Part shown: positions 1-9,513 of the stretch, one piece after another
Position numbering within the stretch: the first letter of the stretch is position 1
Layout: each line of letters opens with the position of its first letter
Assembly (NCBI GenBank): GCA_964515545.1
Contig: CAZERI010000004.1
Location: 24,572-88,571, forward strand
Origin: an uncultured Gammaproteobacteria bacterium
GTDB taxonomy: Bacteria; Patescibacteriota; Microgenomatia; Levybacterales; UBA12049
Direction: 5' to 3'
Length of the DNA: 64,000 bases
The notes under the pieces: generated by a model
Told to the model about the DNA's origin: nothing
Databases searched by the model: none
The model's input: only the letters and a program-made list of their open reading frames with translations
Position numbers and translations under genes: made by a program

Positions 1-773
1 TCCGCAAGCATCCGTTTTAGGACTGCCTCGGTTCTGCCTATATAATATTTATTACCGCTAAAAGGGGAGTAGAGAGAAGGAAGCTGGGGGAGGCCTGCCA
101 GAAATGCTGATTGAGCTAGATCTAGTTCTTTAACTTTTTTACCGAAATACTGTTCTGCTGCTGCTTCCACACCCACAGCAGTCCCTCCATAAGGAATATT
201 GTTCAAATACATTTCCAAAATCTGGTCTTTACTAAAACGATTTGCTACTTGAATAGAAAGAATTAATTCTTTTATTTTACGAGGAAGAGAACGTTCTGAA
301 GTAAGTAATACATTTTTAACTAACTGCTGAGTTATTGTTGAAGCTCCCGCAAGGCGATTTCCACGTAAGACATTCCAGAAAACCCGGACATATCCCATCG
401 GCGAAAAACCACCATTCTTATAAAAATCTTTATCCTCAACTGCTATTGTGCCTTGACGAACATATTTAGGGATTTCATCTAATTTAACATATGTCCTATT
501 TTCATCCTGATATACCGAATAGAGAAGCTCTCCATTCCGATCATAGATTCTGGTAGCATCACTATACTTAGAAGTTACTAATTTACCAGGGGTAGGGAGA
601 TCTCGGCTATACCAAATAAATAGGATAGGAACAATGATAATTCCTGCAATAAATCCATACAGAGCTAAGCGGGTTATCTTGCTCCAAAAAGAGACATTAT
701 TAAATGACAAGAAAGCAGGTAATTGGACGCCTTTATGAAGTCGGCTACGACGTCTAGAACGATAGTCGGGCAT
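1..773 (-). CDS. class A penicillin-binding protein (PBP1A-like), N-terminal TM anchor plus GT51 transglycosylase part; partial, continues past window start
   Basis: Manual reverse-strand translation from ATG at 773: MPDYRSRRRSRL..TM..then GT51 motifs EDKDFYKNGGFSPMG, RLAGASTITQQLVKN, NNIPYGGTAVGVEAAAEQYFGK; absent from ORF track because it runs off the edge. Confidence 0.8.
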   Translation of the reverse strand, partial: MPDYRSRRRSRLHKGVQLPAFLSFNNVSFWSKITRLALYGFIAGIIIVPILFIWYSRDLPTPGKLVTSKYSDATRIYDRNGELLYSVYQDENRTYVKLDEIPKYVRQGTIAVEDKDFYKNGGFSPMGYVRVFWNVLRGNRLAGASTITQQLVKNVLLTSERSLPRKIKELILSIQVANRFSKDQILEMYLNNIPYGGTAVGVEAAAEQYFGKKVKELDLAQSAFLAGLPQLPSLYSPFSGNKYYIGRTEAVLKRMLA

Positions 774-833
774 AGGTAATAACCATTATAGCAAATAGAC
801 TTTTGATCGCAAAAAATATGGTATACTCATCCC

Positions 834-2036
834 ATGGACGAGATAGAAATATTATTAACTCGTGGTGTAGATAAAATTTATCCATCAACAGAACAGCTAA
901 AAGAAATTTTACAGAGCGGGAAGAAACTTACTCTTTATGAGGGATTTGATCCAACAGGCGTCCAAATGCATATAGGACATATGATTGGGTTAAGAAAATT
1001 AGCTCAGTGGCAAAAATTAGGCCATAAAGTTATTTTCCTTATCGGAGATGGCACTGGACAAGCTGGCGATCCCTCCGGTAAGACCAGAACCCGTGGAACA
1101 TATCTTTCAAATGAACAACTTCGCCAAAATGCACGGGATTATGTCATGCAGGCAGGGAAAATTGTCAATTTTGGAGGCGAAAACCCTATAGAAATTAGAT
1201 ACAACGGAGACTGGCTTAATAAAATGACGCTCGCTGATATCTTAGGAGTCGCCGAACACTTTACACTTCAGCAGATGATTGAGCGGGATCTTTATCAAGA
1301 AAGACTCCGAAATAATGAACCGCTTAATTTGCGTGAATTTATGTACCCGCTCCTTCAAGCCTATGATTCTGTCGCAATGGAGGTTGACTTAGAAGTTGGA
1401 GGATCAGACCAAACATTTAATATGCTCTGTGGCCGACAATTAGTGAAAGATTACTTAAGCAAAGATAAATATGTTATGACTACACCGCTTCTGACTGACT
1501 CCTCAGGCCGTAAGATCGGTAAAACTGAAGGCAATGTTATCGCCCTTAACGATAACCCATCTGATCTTTTTGCTAAGATTTTAAGCCTAGGAGATGACGT
1601 TATTACGAAAGGTATGGAATATCTGACGGATGTCCCAATGAGTGAGATTGCAGAGATTGAACAAGCAATTGCATCAGGTGAAAATCCCATGCAGTTTAAG
1701 AAAAAACTTGCATTTGAAATTGTCAAACAGCTGAGTTCTTCAGCTGAAGCAGAAGAAGCCCAAAATGCATTTGAAAAAGTGGTCCAAAAAGGAGAATTAC
1801 CTCTAGATATTGTCGAAGTTAAGCTTCAGGATGATGATGATGAATATTTATCAGAAGATCTGCTCGTAGAACTGAATTTAGCCTCTTCAAAATCCGAAGC
1901 AAAACGCCTTTTTGAGCAAGGCGGAGTAGAACTTGATGGAGAACGAGTACTTAATCCAAATGAAAATAAGAAGTATAAAGATGGTTCTATCCTCCGGATA
2001 GGTAAAAGAAAAATTGTCAAACTTCTTAGACCTTAG
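834..2036 (+). CDS. tyrS: tyrosyl-tRNA synthetase
   Basis: Class I HIGH motif (GVQMHIGHMIGL), KMSKS-region, C-terminal S4-like domain (KSEAKRLFEQGGVELDGERV); 400 aa. Confidence 0.9.
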   Translation: MDEIEILLTRGVDKIYPSTEQLKEILQSGKKLTLYEGFDPTGVQMHIGHMIGLRKLAQWQKLGHKVIFLIGDGTGQAGDPSGKTRTRGTYLSNEQLRQNARDYVMQAGKIVNFGGENPIEIRYNGDWLNKMTLADILGVAEHFTLQQMIERDLYQERLRNNEPLNLREFMYPLLQAYDSVAMEVDLEVGGSDQTFNMLCGRQLVKDYLSKDKYVMTTPLLTDSSGRKIGKTEGNVIALNDNPSDLFAKILSLGDDVITKGMEYLTDVPMSEIAEIEQAIASGENPMQFKKKLAFEIVKQLSSSAEAEEAQNAFEKVVQKGELPLDIVEVKLQDDDDEYLSEDLLVELNLASSKSEAKRLFEQGGVELDGERVLNPNENKKYKDGSILRIGKRKIVKLLRP

Positions 2037-2166
2037 TATAATCAAGAAATGAATTTCCTCAGAGACCACGAAAAAGCTTTTAAAATAATTACTGCTATCG
2101 CTCTTGTAGCACTCATCGTTTCATCATTCCTGCCGTTTTTCGTCTATCTCTTCCAATAATATCATT

Positions 2167-4173
2167 ATGAATCTACAAACCAGGATTAGCGATGGCAATC
2201 GCAGTCTTAAAACGTATGCAAAGCGTCTTGAAAACCTTACGATCTTTACCTACCGCGATCTGCTATATCATCTCCCTTCGCGTTATGAAGACTACTCTTT
2301 GATATCAAAGATTGCAGAGATCCAGGCAGGCGAACTAGTAACCCTCCAGGGAAAAATCATAAAGTACTCTAATACCTACACTAGATCCCGTAAAACTATC
2401 CAGAAAGTAACACTAGCAGATGATACAGGAGAGATTGAGTTAATATGGTTTAATCAGCCTTTTATTATTAAAAATTTTAATGAAGGAGATATGCTTTCTG
2501 TTTCGGGCAGAGTTGAAATTTTTGCAAAAAGACCCACCCTTATTTCACCTATTTATGAACTTTTTAATGGACTAACTGTCCATACAGGAAGAATTATTCC
2601 CATTTATCCCGAGACACGAGGCGTTTCCTCTAAATGGTTACGAAAGCAGATCTCACTTCTTCTCTCAGACTTAGAAATAGAGGATTTTCTTCCACAGGTG
2701 ATCCGCCATGATCATCATCTGTTGGGATTATCTGAAGCATTACATCATGTCCACTTTCCTGATACCCTCAAAGAAGCAGAGGCTGCTAGACAGCGTCTCT
2801 CTTTTGATGAAATATTTTTGATCCAGCTCTCAGCAATGAAGCGCAAAAAAGAATGGCAGGATATAAAGATAGGCCCACAGATTAAGATTTCAGGAGAAGA
2901 AATAAGTACATTTAAGAAATCTCTTCCATTTATTCTTACGCCATCCCAAGATCAAGCAATCCATGATATTTTCTCCGACTTTGCAAGAACTCAACCGATG
3001 AACAGACTCCTTCAAGGGGATGTAGGTAGCGGAAAAACAGTTGTTGCAGCTGCTGGCATATATTCCGCTTTTTTAAATAATTATCAATCTGCCTTAATGG
3101 CCCCCACCGAAATTTTGGCTCAACAACATTTCAAAACATTATCAGAGTTCCTAACTCCTTTCTCAATTAAGGTGGGTTTAGCAACGAGTAGCACTAAACT
3201 TGAGAAAAATCAGAGGTATGATGTGATTGTAGGAACTCATACACTGGTAGCAAAAATGATCGATTTTGCTAGATTAGGTTTTGTCATTATCGATGAACAG
3301 CAGCGCTTCGGAGTAGAACAGCGTGGTATTCTAAGAGAAAAGGGAGAAAATCCTCATGTACTTACCATGACCGCTACTCCTATCCCACGAACTATAGCAC
3401 TTACGCTCTATGGTGAACTTGACTCCTCCTACCTTATAGATATGCCTAAAGGCAGAAAGAGTATTAAAACATGGCTCGTACCTAACGAAAAAAGGGCAGG
3501 GGCATACCAATGGATTGAAAAAGAAATACAAAATAATAACTCACAAGTATTTATTATTTGTCCATTCATAGAGCAATCTGAAAATATGCAAACAGTAAAA
3601 GCAGCCACCTTAGAGTTTGAACGGCTGCAGAAAGATATCTTCCCAAATCTCAAACTTGCCATGCTCCATGGAAAATTAAAAGCAAAAGAAAAAGATGCCA
3701 TTTTAACTTCCTTTAGGAAAAAGGAAGTTGATATCCTGGTTGCAACACCTGTTGTAGAAGTAGGGATAGATATTCCTAATGCCACCATCATGCTAATAGA
3801 AGGCAGTGAGCGTTTTGGCCTTGCTCAGCTTCATCAATTGCGGGGACGAGTCGGAAGAGGAGAGAAGCAGTCCTATTGTCTGCTCTTTACTGATTCAACG
3901 AGCGAAAACTCTCTTCTAAGGCTGAAAGCTATGGAGACAATGTCCCAAGGAGCAGCTCTAGCAGAATTCGATCTTAAAATGAGAGGTCCTGGAGACTTAT
4001 ACGGAGTAAGGCAATCTGGAACAAGAATGTTAAAAATCGCTTCCTTTTCAGATACCAAACTCCTTGTTGAGGCTAAAAGGGCAGCGGTTCGTATTTTTCC
4101 TGAATTGAATAATCATGATGTACTCAAGAGGGAAGTGGACTCTTTAATTTCATCACCTGTGAATCCTGACTAG
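2167..4173 (+). CDS. recG: ATP-dependent DNA helicase RecG
   Basis: N-terminal wedge/OB domain, Walker A GDVGSGKT, DEQQRFGV (DEAH-like), helicase C domain; 668 aa. Confidence 0.9.
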   Translation: MNLQTRISDGNRSLKTYAKRLENLTIFTYRDLLYHLPSRYEDYSLISKIAEIQAGELVTLQGKIIKYSNTYTRSRKTIQKVTLADDTGEIELIWFNQPFIIKNFNEGDMLSVSGRVEIFAKRPTLISPIYELFNGLTVHTGRIIPIYPETRGVSSKWLRKQISLLLSDLEIEDFLPQVIRHDHHLLGLSEALHHVHFPDTLKEAEAARQRLSFDEIFLIQLSAMKRKKEWQDIKIGPQIKISGEEISTFKKSLPFILTPSQDQAIHDIFSDFARTQPMNRLLQGDVGSGKTVVAAAGIYSAFLNNYQSALMAPTEILAQQHFKTLSEFLTPFSIKVGLATSSTKLEKNQRYDVIVGTHTLVAKMIDFARLGFVIIDEQQRFGVEQRGILREKGENPHVLTMTATPIPRTIALTLYGELDSSYLIDMPKGRKSIKTWLVPNEKRAGAYQWIEKEIQNNNSQVFIICPFIEQSENMQTVKAATLEFERLQKDIFPNLKLAMLHGKLKAKEKDAILTSFRKKEVDILVATPVVEVGIDIPNATIMLIEGSERFGLAQLHQLRGRVGRGEKQSYCLLFTDSTSENSLLRLKAMETMSQGAALAEFDLKMRGPGDLYGVRQSGTRMLKIASFSDTKLLVEAKRAAVRIFPELNNHDVLKREVDSLISSPVNPD

Positions 4174-4211
4174 AATTGACAAGAGTCAATCTTTCTTCAT
4201 ACACTTAAGGT

Positions 4212-5333
4212 ATGCCCGAACAATATACACTCCAAGAAGCTCCCAAACCGCAGCCTATTCCTGAACCCGATAAGAAAACCATGAGTAAATACTTTGTCAT
4301 GGCTGGAGTTGGGATTGGCTTTATCTGTATTTTTGTGCTTGGCCTGGTACTTGGGAGAGGAAGATCTAACTCCTCCAGCGCAACCGCAGCTCCTACCCCA
4401 ACTTCGCCACCTATAACTTCAGAAATTACCCCTTTTCCATCTAACTTTCAAGAAGTACCTTTAGTGAACTTTCTTCCTAACAAGCAGTATCTTGATGACA
4501 CGTATGTCGTTGTCTCACAAGATCAACCCCACCTGACACTCATTCTCTCTGTCTCTCGTATCGAACAGCAGCATAACTTCACTCAATATACTAAAACTAA
4601 TTATTTCGATGGGACATCCTGGGACCGCAAATCAACTACTGCTGTTATTAATACAAATATCATTGCCACTAATCCGCTTCTCCGCAGCTGGACTCCATCT
4701 AACCCTAACTCATCAAACACCCCTTCCTCGCTTGCTACACTTACCCTTCCTAAAAATGATATTTCTTTTACATCAGGTAATTTGAATAATGAAGTCAGCG
4801 TCCAAAGCATCCCTGGTTCAACCAAATTTATCTACCAAGGAAAAGGAACCCTGACTATAAACGACGACACTCATCCTGCCTATGTATTTTACAGTAGAAC
4901 ATATTCTTTTAATGCAGCTGAGCTTAGCTATTTAACTAAACCCGACCAAGTTAATTCGAATTGGCTTTTATTTTGGGATAAAGAAGGAACATTTTATTAC
5001 ATAGACGATCACAAAGGATTATCTGGATTTGAAGGTATTTCCTCATTTGCATTGGGAGTTGTAGAAGAAGGGAATTCGATTCTTCGTACTCCTTCTGAGT
5101 CAACAATTATCGATACTAATAATACTGTCCTAACTTACAATGCATCTCTTGATTTTGATCCTGATATAGCGGTATTCCTACCTCTAGTAAATCCTCTTAA
5201 TAAATCTAATAAAAAGACCTACTCTTGGGTTACTGCAAGTGGCGAAGGGACAGCAGTTAAAGCTGAAGGAAGAAAAGTAAGTGGAGTAGGAGTAGTTGAA
5301 TATATTAGACCTAATGACTCCACTACACGATAA
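4212..5333 (+). CDS. hypothetical membrane-anchored extracytoplasmic protein (N-terminal TM, Pro/Ser/Thr-rich linker)
   Basis: TM helix YFVMAGVGIGFICIFVLGLVLG followed by ATAAPTPTSPPITSE linker and Asn/Thr-rich beta-rich body; no recognisable family; true start may be internal Met (MSKYF). Confidence 0.5.
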   Translation: MPEQYTLQEAPKPQPIPEPDKKTMSKYFVMAGVGIGFICIFVLGLVLGRGRSNSSSATAAPTPTSPPITSEITPFPSNFQEVPLVNFLPNKQYLDDTYVVVSQDQPHLTLILSVSRIEQQHNFTQYTKTNYFDGTSWDRKSTTAVINTNIIATNPLLRSWTPSNPNSSNTPSSLATLTLPKNDISFTSGNLNNEVSVQSIPGSTKFIYQGKGTLTINDDTHPAYVFYSRTYSFNAAELSYLTKPDQVNSNWLLFWDKEGTFYYIDDHKGLSGFEGISSFALGVVEEGNSILRTPSESTIIDTNNTVLTYNASLDFDPDIAVFLPLVNPLNKSNKKTYSWVTASGEGTAVKAEGRKVSGVGVVEYIRPNDSTTR

Positions 5334-6087
5334 TGGTGATTTTCATACCATAATGGTCTGAGAGATCAGGGCTGTCCACTAATTCAAAATCCTCTGTTTC
5401 TAAATCAAAACTTGTATAGATAAAATCAACAGCAAGTCCAGGGGGGAAAAGCTGACTGACACGATGGAGACGGGGATTTAGCGTATTAGTGAGTCCAGCC
5501 TGCACCGCGTGATTACTAGCTACTTTATCAAACCCTCGTACGATCTCAGAATCTTTAGTAACATTAAAGTCTCCCGTGAGGATAAAAGGATCTTTCATTT
5601 TTTTGACATAATTATGTAGCTTCATAACCTGCTTTACCTTATATGGCTCATCATAAGGAGTAGGACCCCACGCTAAGTGTGTATTGATTGACCAAAAGGT
5701 CCTTCCACGAGAACTAAATTGTAAAGCTAGAGCATTTCTAGGAAGCTCTCTAGCAAAATCTCCCCCAATACTCCATGTATCAAACTCTTGAAACGGCTTA
5801 AGCCAAAGTATTTCTTTAGAAATAAGCTCTAATTCTGATTTATAAAAAGTAGCATTCCCATAATAAGACGATGGATCATTTCTTTGTTGAGTAGCAATTA
5901 CCAACTCTCCCTCCATGGAAAGCTTATTTTTAAGCGTTGAAAAGTTATCAGGATCAGATTGACTTACTTCACCCCCGCCCACTTCTTGAAAATGAATAAT
6001 ATCAAAGTCCTGTTCTCTACAGTATGCAATAACCTCATCTATCATCCGTCCCACTTGAATATTAAGCTGAAAAATCTTTAATTTCAC
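5323..6087 (-). CDS. endonuclease/exonuclease/phosphatase (EEP) family protein
   Basis: EEP hallmarks: IHFQEV near N-terminus, GDFN, C-terminal SDHYGM (catalytic His); 254 aa. Confidence 0.7.
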   Translation of the reverse strand: MKLKIFQLNIQVGRMIDEVIAYCREQDFDIIHFQEVGGGEVSQSDPDNFSTLKNKLSMEGELVIATQQRNDPSSYYGNATFYKSELELISKEILWLKPFQEFDTWSIGGDFARELPRNALALQFSSRGRTFWSINTHLAWGPTPYDEPYKVKQVMKLHNYVKKMKDPFILTGDFNVTKDSEIVRGFDKVASNHAVQAGLTNTLNPRLHRVSQLFPPGLAVDFIYTSFDLETEDFELVDSPDLSDHYGMKITIIV

Positions 6088-6117
6088 CTATTTAGTATAT
6101 CAAGAAATCAAAGCCGG

Positions 6118-6146
6118 TTGCGATTGAGCGTAAAATACGCTACAAT
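6118..6146 (+). promoter_or_regulatory. sigma70-type promoter (TTGCGA-17-TACAAT) placed 6 nt upstream of rpmF ATG (leaderless)
   Basis: -35 6118-6123, 17-nt spacer, -10 6141-6146; ATG at 6153. Confidence 0.55.
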
Positions 6147-6152
6147 ACATAC

Positions 6153-6356
6153 ATGTCACAAGAACCAAAAAAGCGTCATTCAAGACAACGACAAGGAAAA
6201 AGACGAGCTGCTATCTCTCTTTCTGTCCCAAGTACAGTAGCATGTCCTAATTGCAATACCAAGCATATTCCTCATATTGTATGCCCTAACTGTGGTTTTT
6301 ATAAGGGTGTCGAAGTTATTGCTAAGAAATCACGCCGTCCTGACCCTACCGCTTAA
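6153..6356 (+). CDS. rpmF: 50S ribosomal protein L32
   Basis: Basic N-terminus then CPNCNTKHIPHIVCPNCGFYKG zinc-ribbon typical of bL32. Confidence 0.85.
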   Translation: MSQEPKKRHSRQRQGKRRAAISLSVPSTVACPNCNTKHIPHIVCPNCGFYKGVEVIAKKSRRPDPTA

Positions 6357-6364
6357 CCTGTGTT

Positions 6365-6736
6365 ATGAAGACGTCACACGACCCTCGTCATTTAAAACGT
6401 CAGCACACAGTCCAAGAACTATTTAAAGTACAGTTTCACGATCAGCCTATCTCCGAACGGGCGCAGGAAATTCTCAAAAATCAGGATATCCTTGATAATA
6501 AAATCCAAGAGGCAGCACCAGAATTCCCCATTAGTAAAATAAATCGTGTCGATCTTTCCATCCTTCGCTTAGCAGTGTATGAACTATTGATTGAGAAAAA
6601 AGAACCCGTCAATGTTATAATTGATGAAGCAGTCGAATTAGGTAAAGAATTCGGTGGAGAAGCAAGCCCCAGTTTTATTAACGGAGCTCTAGGTAATATT
6701 GTCAGCCATGAAAAATCTTCCCAAAATAACCAATAA
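6365..6736 (+). CDS. nusB: transcription antitermination factor NusB
   Basis: NusB-fold motifs LSILRLAVYEL and IDEAVELGKEFGGEASPSFINGALGNI. Confidence 0.8.
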   Translation: MKTSHDPRHLKRQHTVQELFKVQFHDQPISERAQEILKNQDILDNKIQEAAPEFPISKINRVDLSILRLAVYELLIEKKEPVNVIIDEAVELGKEFGGEASPSFINGALGNIVSHEKSSQNNQ

Positions 6737-7391
6737 ACAACTTTTTGACCAAGCTTTTACCCATAGATCCTATCTAAATGAAGCAAAAAAAGAACTCGAA
6801 TCTAACGAAAGACTGGAGTTTTTAGGAGATAGTATCCTCTCGTTTGTCGTCTCTCAACATCTATATGAATCTTACCCTACATTTGATGAGGGAATCTTAA
6901 CTAATCTCCGCTCACTCCTTGTTAATACCAAAAGTATAGCTGCTGCTGCACGCTCTTTGGAATTTGGACAATACCTAAAATTATCACGTGGAGAAGAAGA
7001 ATCAAAAGGTAGAGAGAGTGAATCATTACTGGCAAACTCTTTTGAAGCTTATATAGGGGCATTATATCTTGATCAAGGAATTGAAATAGTACGTGAATTT
7101 ATTGCCGACATGCTTTTCCCCCAAATCGAAGAAATTGTCCAGAAGAAAGCATTTAAGGATCCTAAGAGTCTTCTGCAAGAGTTTGTCCAAGCCCGTAAGC
7201 AGAGTTCACCGATATATAAAGTAATCCATGAAGAGGGACCTCCTCATGCGAAAACATTTACTATTGGAGTTTTTGTTAATCAAATCCAGATAGGGGAGGG
7301 AATAGGAAAGTCTAAGCAGCAGGCAGAAGAAGAAGCAGCCCAAAAAGCTCTTACTCATCTTGAGAATCAAAATTCCTCTCAGAACTCCTAA
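6699..7391 (+). CDS. rnc: ribonuclease III
   Basis: RNase III signature ERLEFLGDSIL, catalytic E in SFEAYIGALYLD, C-terminal dsRBD; 38-nt overlap with nusB in the track (shorter true start possible). Confidence 0.9.
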   Translation: MSAMKNLPKITNKQLFDQAFTHRSYLNEAKKELESNERLEFLGDSILSFVVSQHLYESYPTFDEGILTNLRSLLVNTKSIAAAARSLEFGQYLKLSRGEEESKGRESESLLANSFEAYIGALYLDQGIEIVREFIADMLFPQIEEIVQKKAFKDPKSLLQEFVQARKQSSPIYKVIHEEGPPHAKTFTIGVFVNQIQIGEGIGKSKQQAEEEAAQKALTHLENQNSSQNS

Positions 7392-7396
7392 TTCTC

Positions 7397-7425
7397 TTGA
7401 GAATTGTCTTAATTTCTGGTACAAT
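7397..7425 (+). promoter_or_regulatory. sigma70-type promoter TTGAGA-17-TGgTACAAT upstream of rpsP with ~85-nt leader
   Basis: -35 7397-7402, -10 7420-7425 with extended TG; leader contains direct repeats (agcgtata[g/a]caaatag x2; ccattag x3). Confidence 0.55.
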
Positions 7426-7509
7426 ACAAATCTAGCGTATAGCAAATAGCGTATAACAAATAGTTACCATAACTGTTATAAGCCATTAGCCATATGCCAT
7501 TAGTTAATT

Positions 7510-7737
7510 ATGGCAGTAGTAATCAGACTATCCCGAACAGGTAAAAAAGGAGAACGAAAATTTAGAGTTGTTGTCAAAGAAAAAAGAAGTCGCCGTGACG
7601 GTGATAATATTGAAGTACTTGGCTGGTATGAAATGGGTAAAGATGGCGGGAAAAAAGGACTCAAAATGGATAGATACAACTATTGGGTATCAAAAGGAGC
7701 CCTTCCATCAAAAACAGTTTTAGAAATTGCTAAGTAA
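7510..7737 (+). CDS. rpsP: 30S ribosomal protein S16
   Basis: MAVVIRLSRTGKKGERKFRVVV matches bS16 N-terminus. Confidence 0.9.
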   Translation: MAVVIRLSRTGKKGERKFRVVVKEKRSRRDGDNIEVLGWYEMGKDGGKKGLKMDRYNYWVSKGALPSKTVLEIAK

Positions 7738-7739
7738 GA

Positions 7740-7976
7740 ATGAAAGAAACGCTTCACTATATTGTTTCCTCGATTGTTGAGCAGCCAGATGCGGTAGTCA
7801 TTAACGAAGAAGAAGATAATGGCGTAGTAACTCTCCTCATCAATGTAGCTCCAGAAGATATGGGTAAGGTTATTGGTAAAGAAGGTAAAGTCATTAGAAG
7901 TATTCGTAATATCATGAAAGTTAAGGCGATGAAACATAACATCCGCATCAATGTTTCACTTGCTGATCAAGCATAA
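7740..7976 (+). CDS. KH-domain RNA-binding protein (UPF0109/YlqC-like)
   Basis: KH GXXG motif VIGKEGKVIRSIRNIM; conserved rpsP-KH-trmD context. Confidence 0.8.
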   Translation: MKETLHYIVSSIVEQPDAVVINEEEDNGVVTLLINVAPEDMGKVIGKEGKVIRSIRNIMKVKAMKHNIRINVSLADQA

Positions 7977-8008
7977 ATCCACCTCAACCTAGCATACTAA
8001 TCAACGTT

Positions 8009-8707
8009 ATGAAGATCTCAATTCTCACACTTTTTCCTGAGATGTTTTCAGGACCTTTCTCTGAATCAATTATTAAAAAAGCCCAGGAAAAAAATCTGGT
8101 GAGTATTAACTTTGTTGCTATTCGTGATTTTGGTATCGGACCTCACCAAATGGTCGATGATACTCCCTATGGGGGAGGTATCGGAATGGTAATGAAAGTT
8201 GACGTCATAAAAAAAGCAATTGATTCTGTAAAAGATGCCAGCTTATCCTCGGATAATCAGAAAGTAATTTTACTAACTGCTGACGGAAAGACATACAATC
8301 AGCGTATAGCAGAAAGCTATGCTAAGCTTGACCACTTAATTATTATCTGTGGGCACTATGAAGGGGTTGATGAAAGAGTACGTAACTTTGTCGATGAAGA
8401 AATATCTATTGGTGACTTTATCTTAACTGGTGGGGAAATTCCCGCGATGCTTATTACTGACTCTGTAGTAAGGCTAGTCTCCGGTGTTCTCAAAGAGAGC
8501 GTTACTGACCTTGAATCTTTCTCCCATAGTGATGGAGGATCTCTACTCCTTGAATATCCTCTTTATACAAAACCCCAAAATTTTGAGGGGGTAGAGGTAC
8601 CACCTCTACTGCTATCCGGAGACCATAAAAAGATTGCTGAATGGCGGAAAAATGAATCGATCAAAAAAACTCAGAAGCGTCGGCCAGACCTTCTCAAAAA
8701 GTCTTAA
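8009..8707 (+). CDS. trmD: tRNA (guanine37-N1)-methyltransferase
   Basis: MKISILTLFPEMF.. SPOUT fold, GHYEGVDERV, ILTGGEIPAM. Confidence 0.9.
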   Translation: MKISILTLFPEMFSGPFSESIIKKAQEKNLVSINFVAIRDFGIGPHQMVDDTPYGGGIGMVMKVDVIKKAIDSVKDASLSSDNQKVILLTADGKTYNQRIAESYAKLDHLIIICGHYEGVDERVRNFVDEEISIGDFILTGGEIPAMLITDSVVRLVSGVLKESVTDLESFSHSDGGSLLLEYPLYTKPQNFEGVEVPPLLLSGDHKKIAEWRKNESIKKTQKRRPDLLKKS

Positions 8708-9513
8708 GTCCCACTTGGTGTAGCTGTCTCTGTAGGAAGAAAATTAGGGGCATTCAGCGAGTTCTGTGCATCTTTCCACTTTGTTAAATCAGTGAGCAGT
8801 TTTTGGTTACTTTGGTTTAAAGTCTTAATTGGATCCGTATAGGGGAATGTAGTGTTAGGTGAGAGATATTTATAGAAAAAATTTACTTCGATATTAGTTG
8901 CTTGATCATTGTATTCAATCGAAACAACTTCTGATAGAGGTAACTCCTTGGTTAATTCGTCTAAGAATTTCTGGAGCTTAATAGCATCTCCTTGAAGAGA
9001 TACTTTAACTGTTATGGTAGTTTGTGGAGACAGCTGAGCAGATTTTGTCGATAAGTTACCTACTTCTATGGAGTAGTCATTACGCTCCATATTAGAAACA
9101 CTTGTTGCCCCATCAATCGACTCAATCATACCGGCGTAATCTTTTTGATAGGGAAGAGCAGTTGCTACTATTGAATAATCCTTATTAAGCTTTGTTTGAG
9201 AGATCCCATTAATGAGAGATTGATTAGCTTGGAGCTGTGCAATTCGCTCCTTTGTTGCTTTTATCTCATCCTGGACAGAAAACCAATCATGAGTTTGGGG
9301 CATGATACCTTTCCAGACGATAATTACTCCAATAATAAGAAGCAGAGAAACCCCAACAATACTGAATTCGGGTGAATCTTTGTATTTAAAATAAAATAAA
9401 CGAATGTCTTCAAATGTTCTAATGGTACTAAGATCACGTAACATATATTTATAGTAACGAAATGACAAATCTTGCTCTGAAATCCGATGCTTGTCTATCA
9501 TTACCGACCTCAA
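8704..9513 (-). CDS. pilO: type IV pilus assembly protein PilO-like
   Basis: Short N-terminus, single TM (FSIVGVSLLLIIGVIIVW), coiled-coil (AQLQANQSL); follows pilM-pilN; track ORF overlaps pilN by 65 nt, true start probably Met at ~9444. Confidence 0.6.
   Translation of the reverse strand: MRSVMIDKHRISEQDLSFRYYKYMLRDLSTIRTFEDIRLFYFKYKDSPEFSIVGVSLLLIIGVIIVWKGIMPQTHDWFSVQDEIKATKERIAQLQANQSLINGISQTKLNKDYSIVATALPYQKDYAGMIESIDGATSVSNMERNDYSIEVGNLSTKSAQLSPQTTITVKVSLQGDAIKLQKFLDELTKELPLSEVVSIEYNDQATNIEVNFFYKYLSPNTTFPYTDPIKTLNQSNQKLLTDLTKWKDAQNSLNAPNFLPTETATPSGT

Noticed and set aside
1451-2069. Minus-strand ORFs (1451-1726, 1826-2020, 1887-2069) inside tyrS, and many similar antisense ORFs inside recG, gyrA, gyrB, carB, pepA, dnaB and others
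   Set aside because: They lie fully within well-supported conserved genes on the opposite strand and have low-complexity, unconserved translations. These are typical shadow ORFs.
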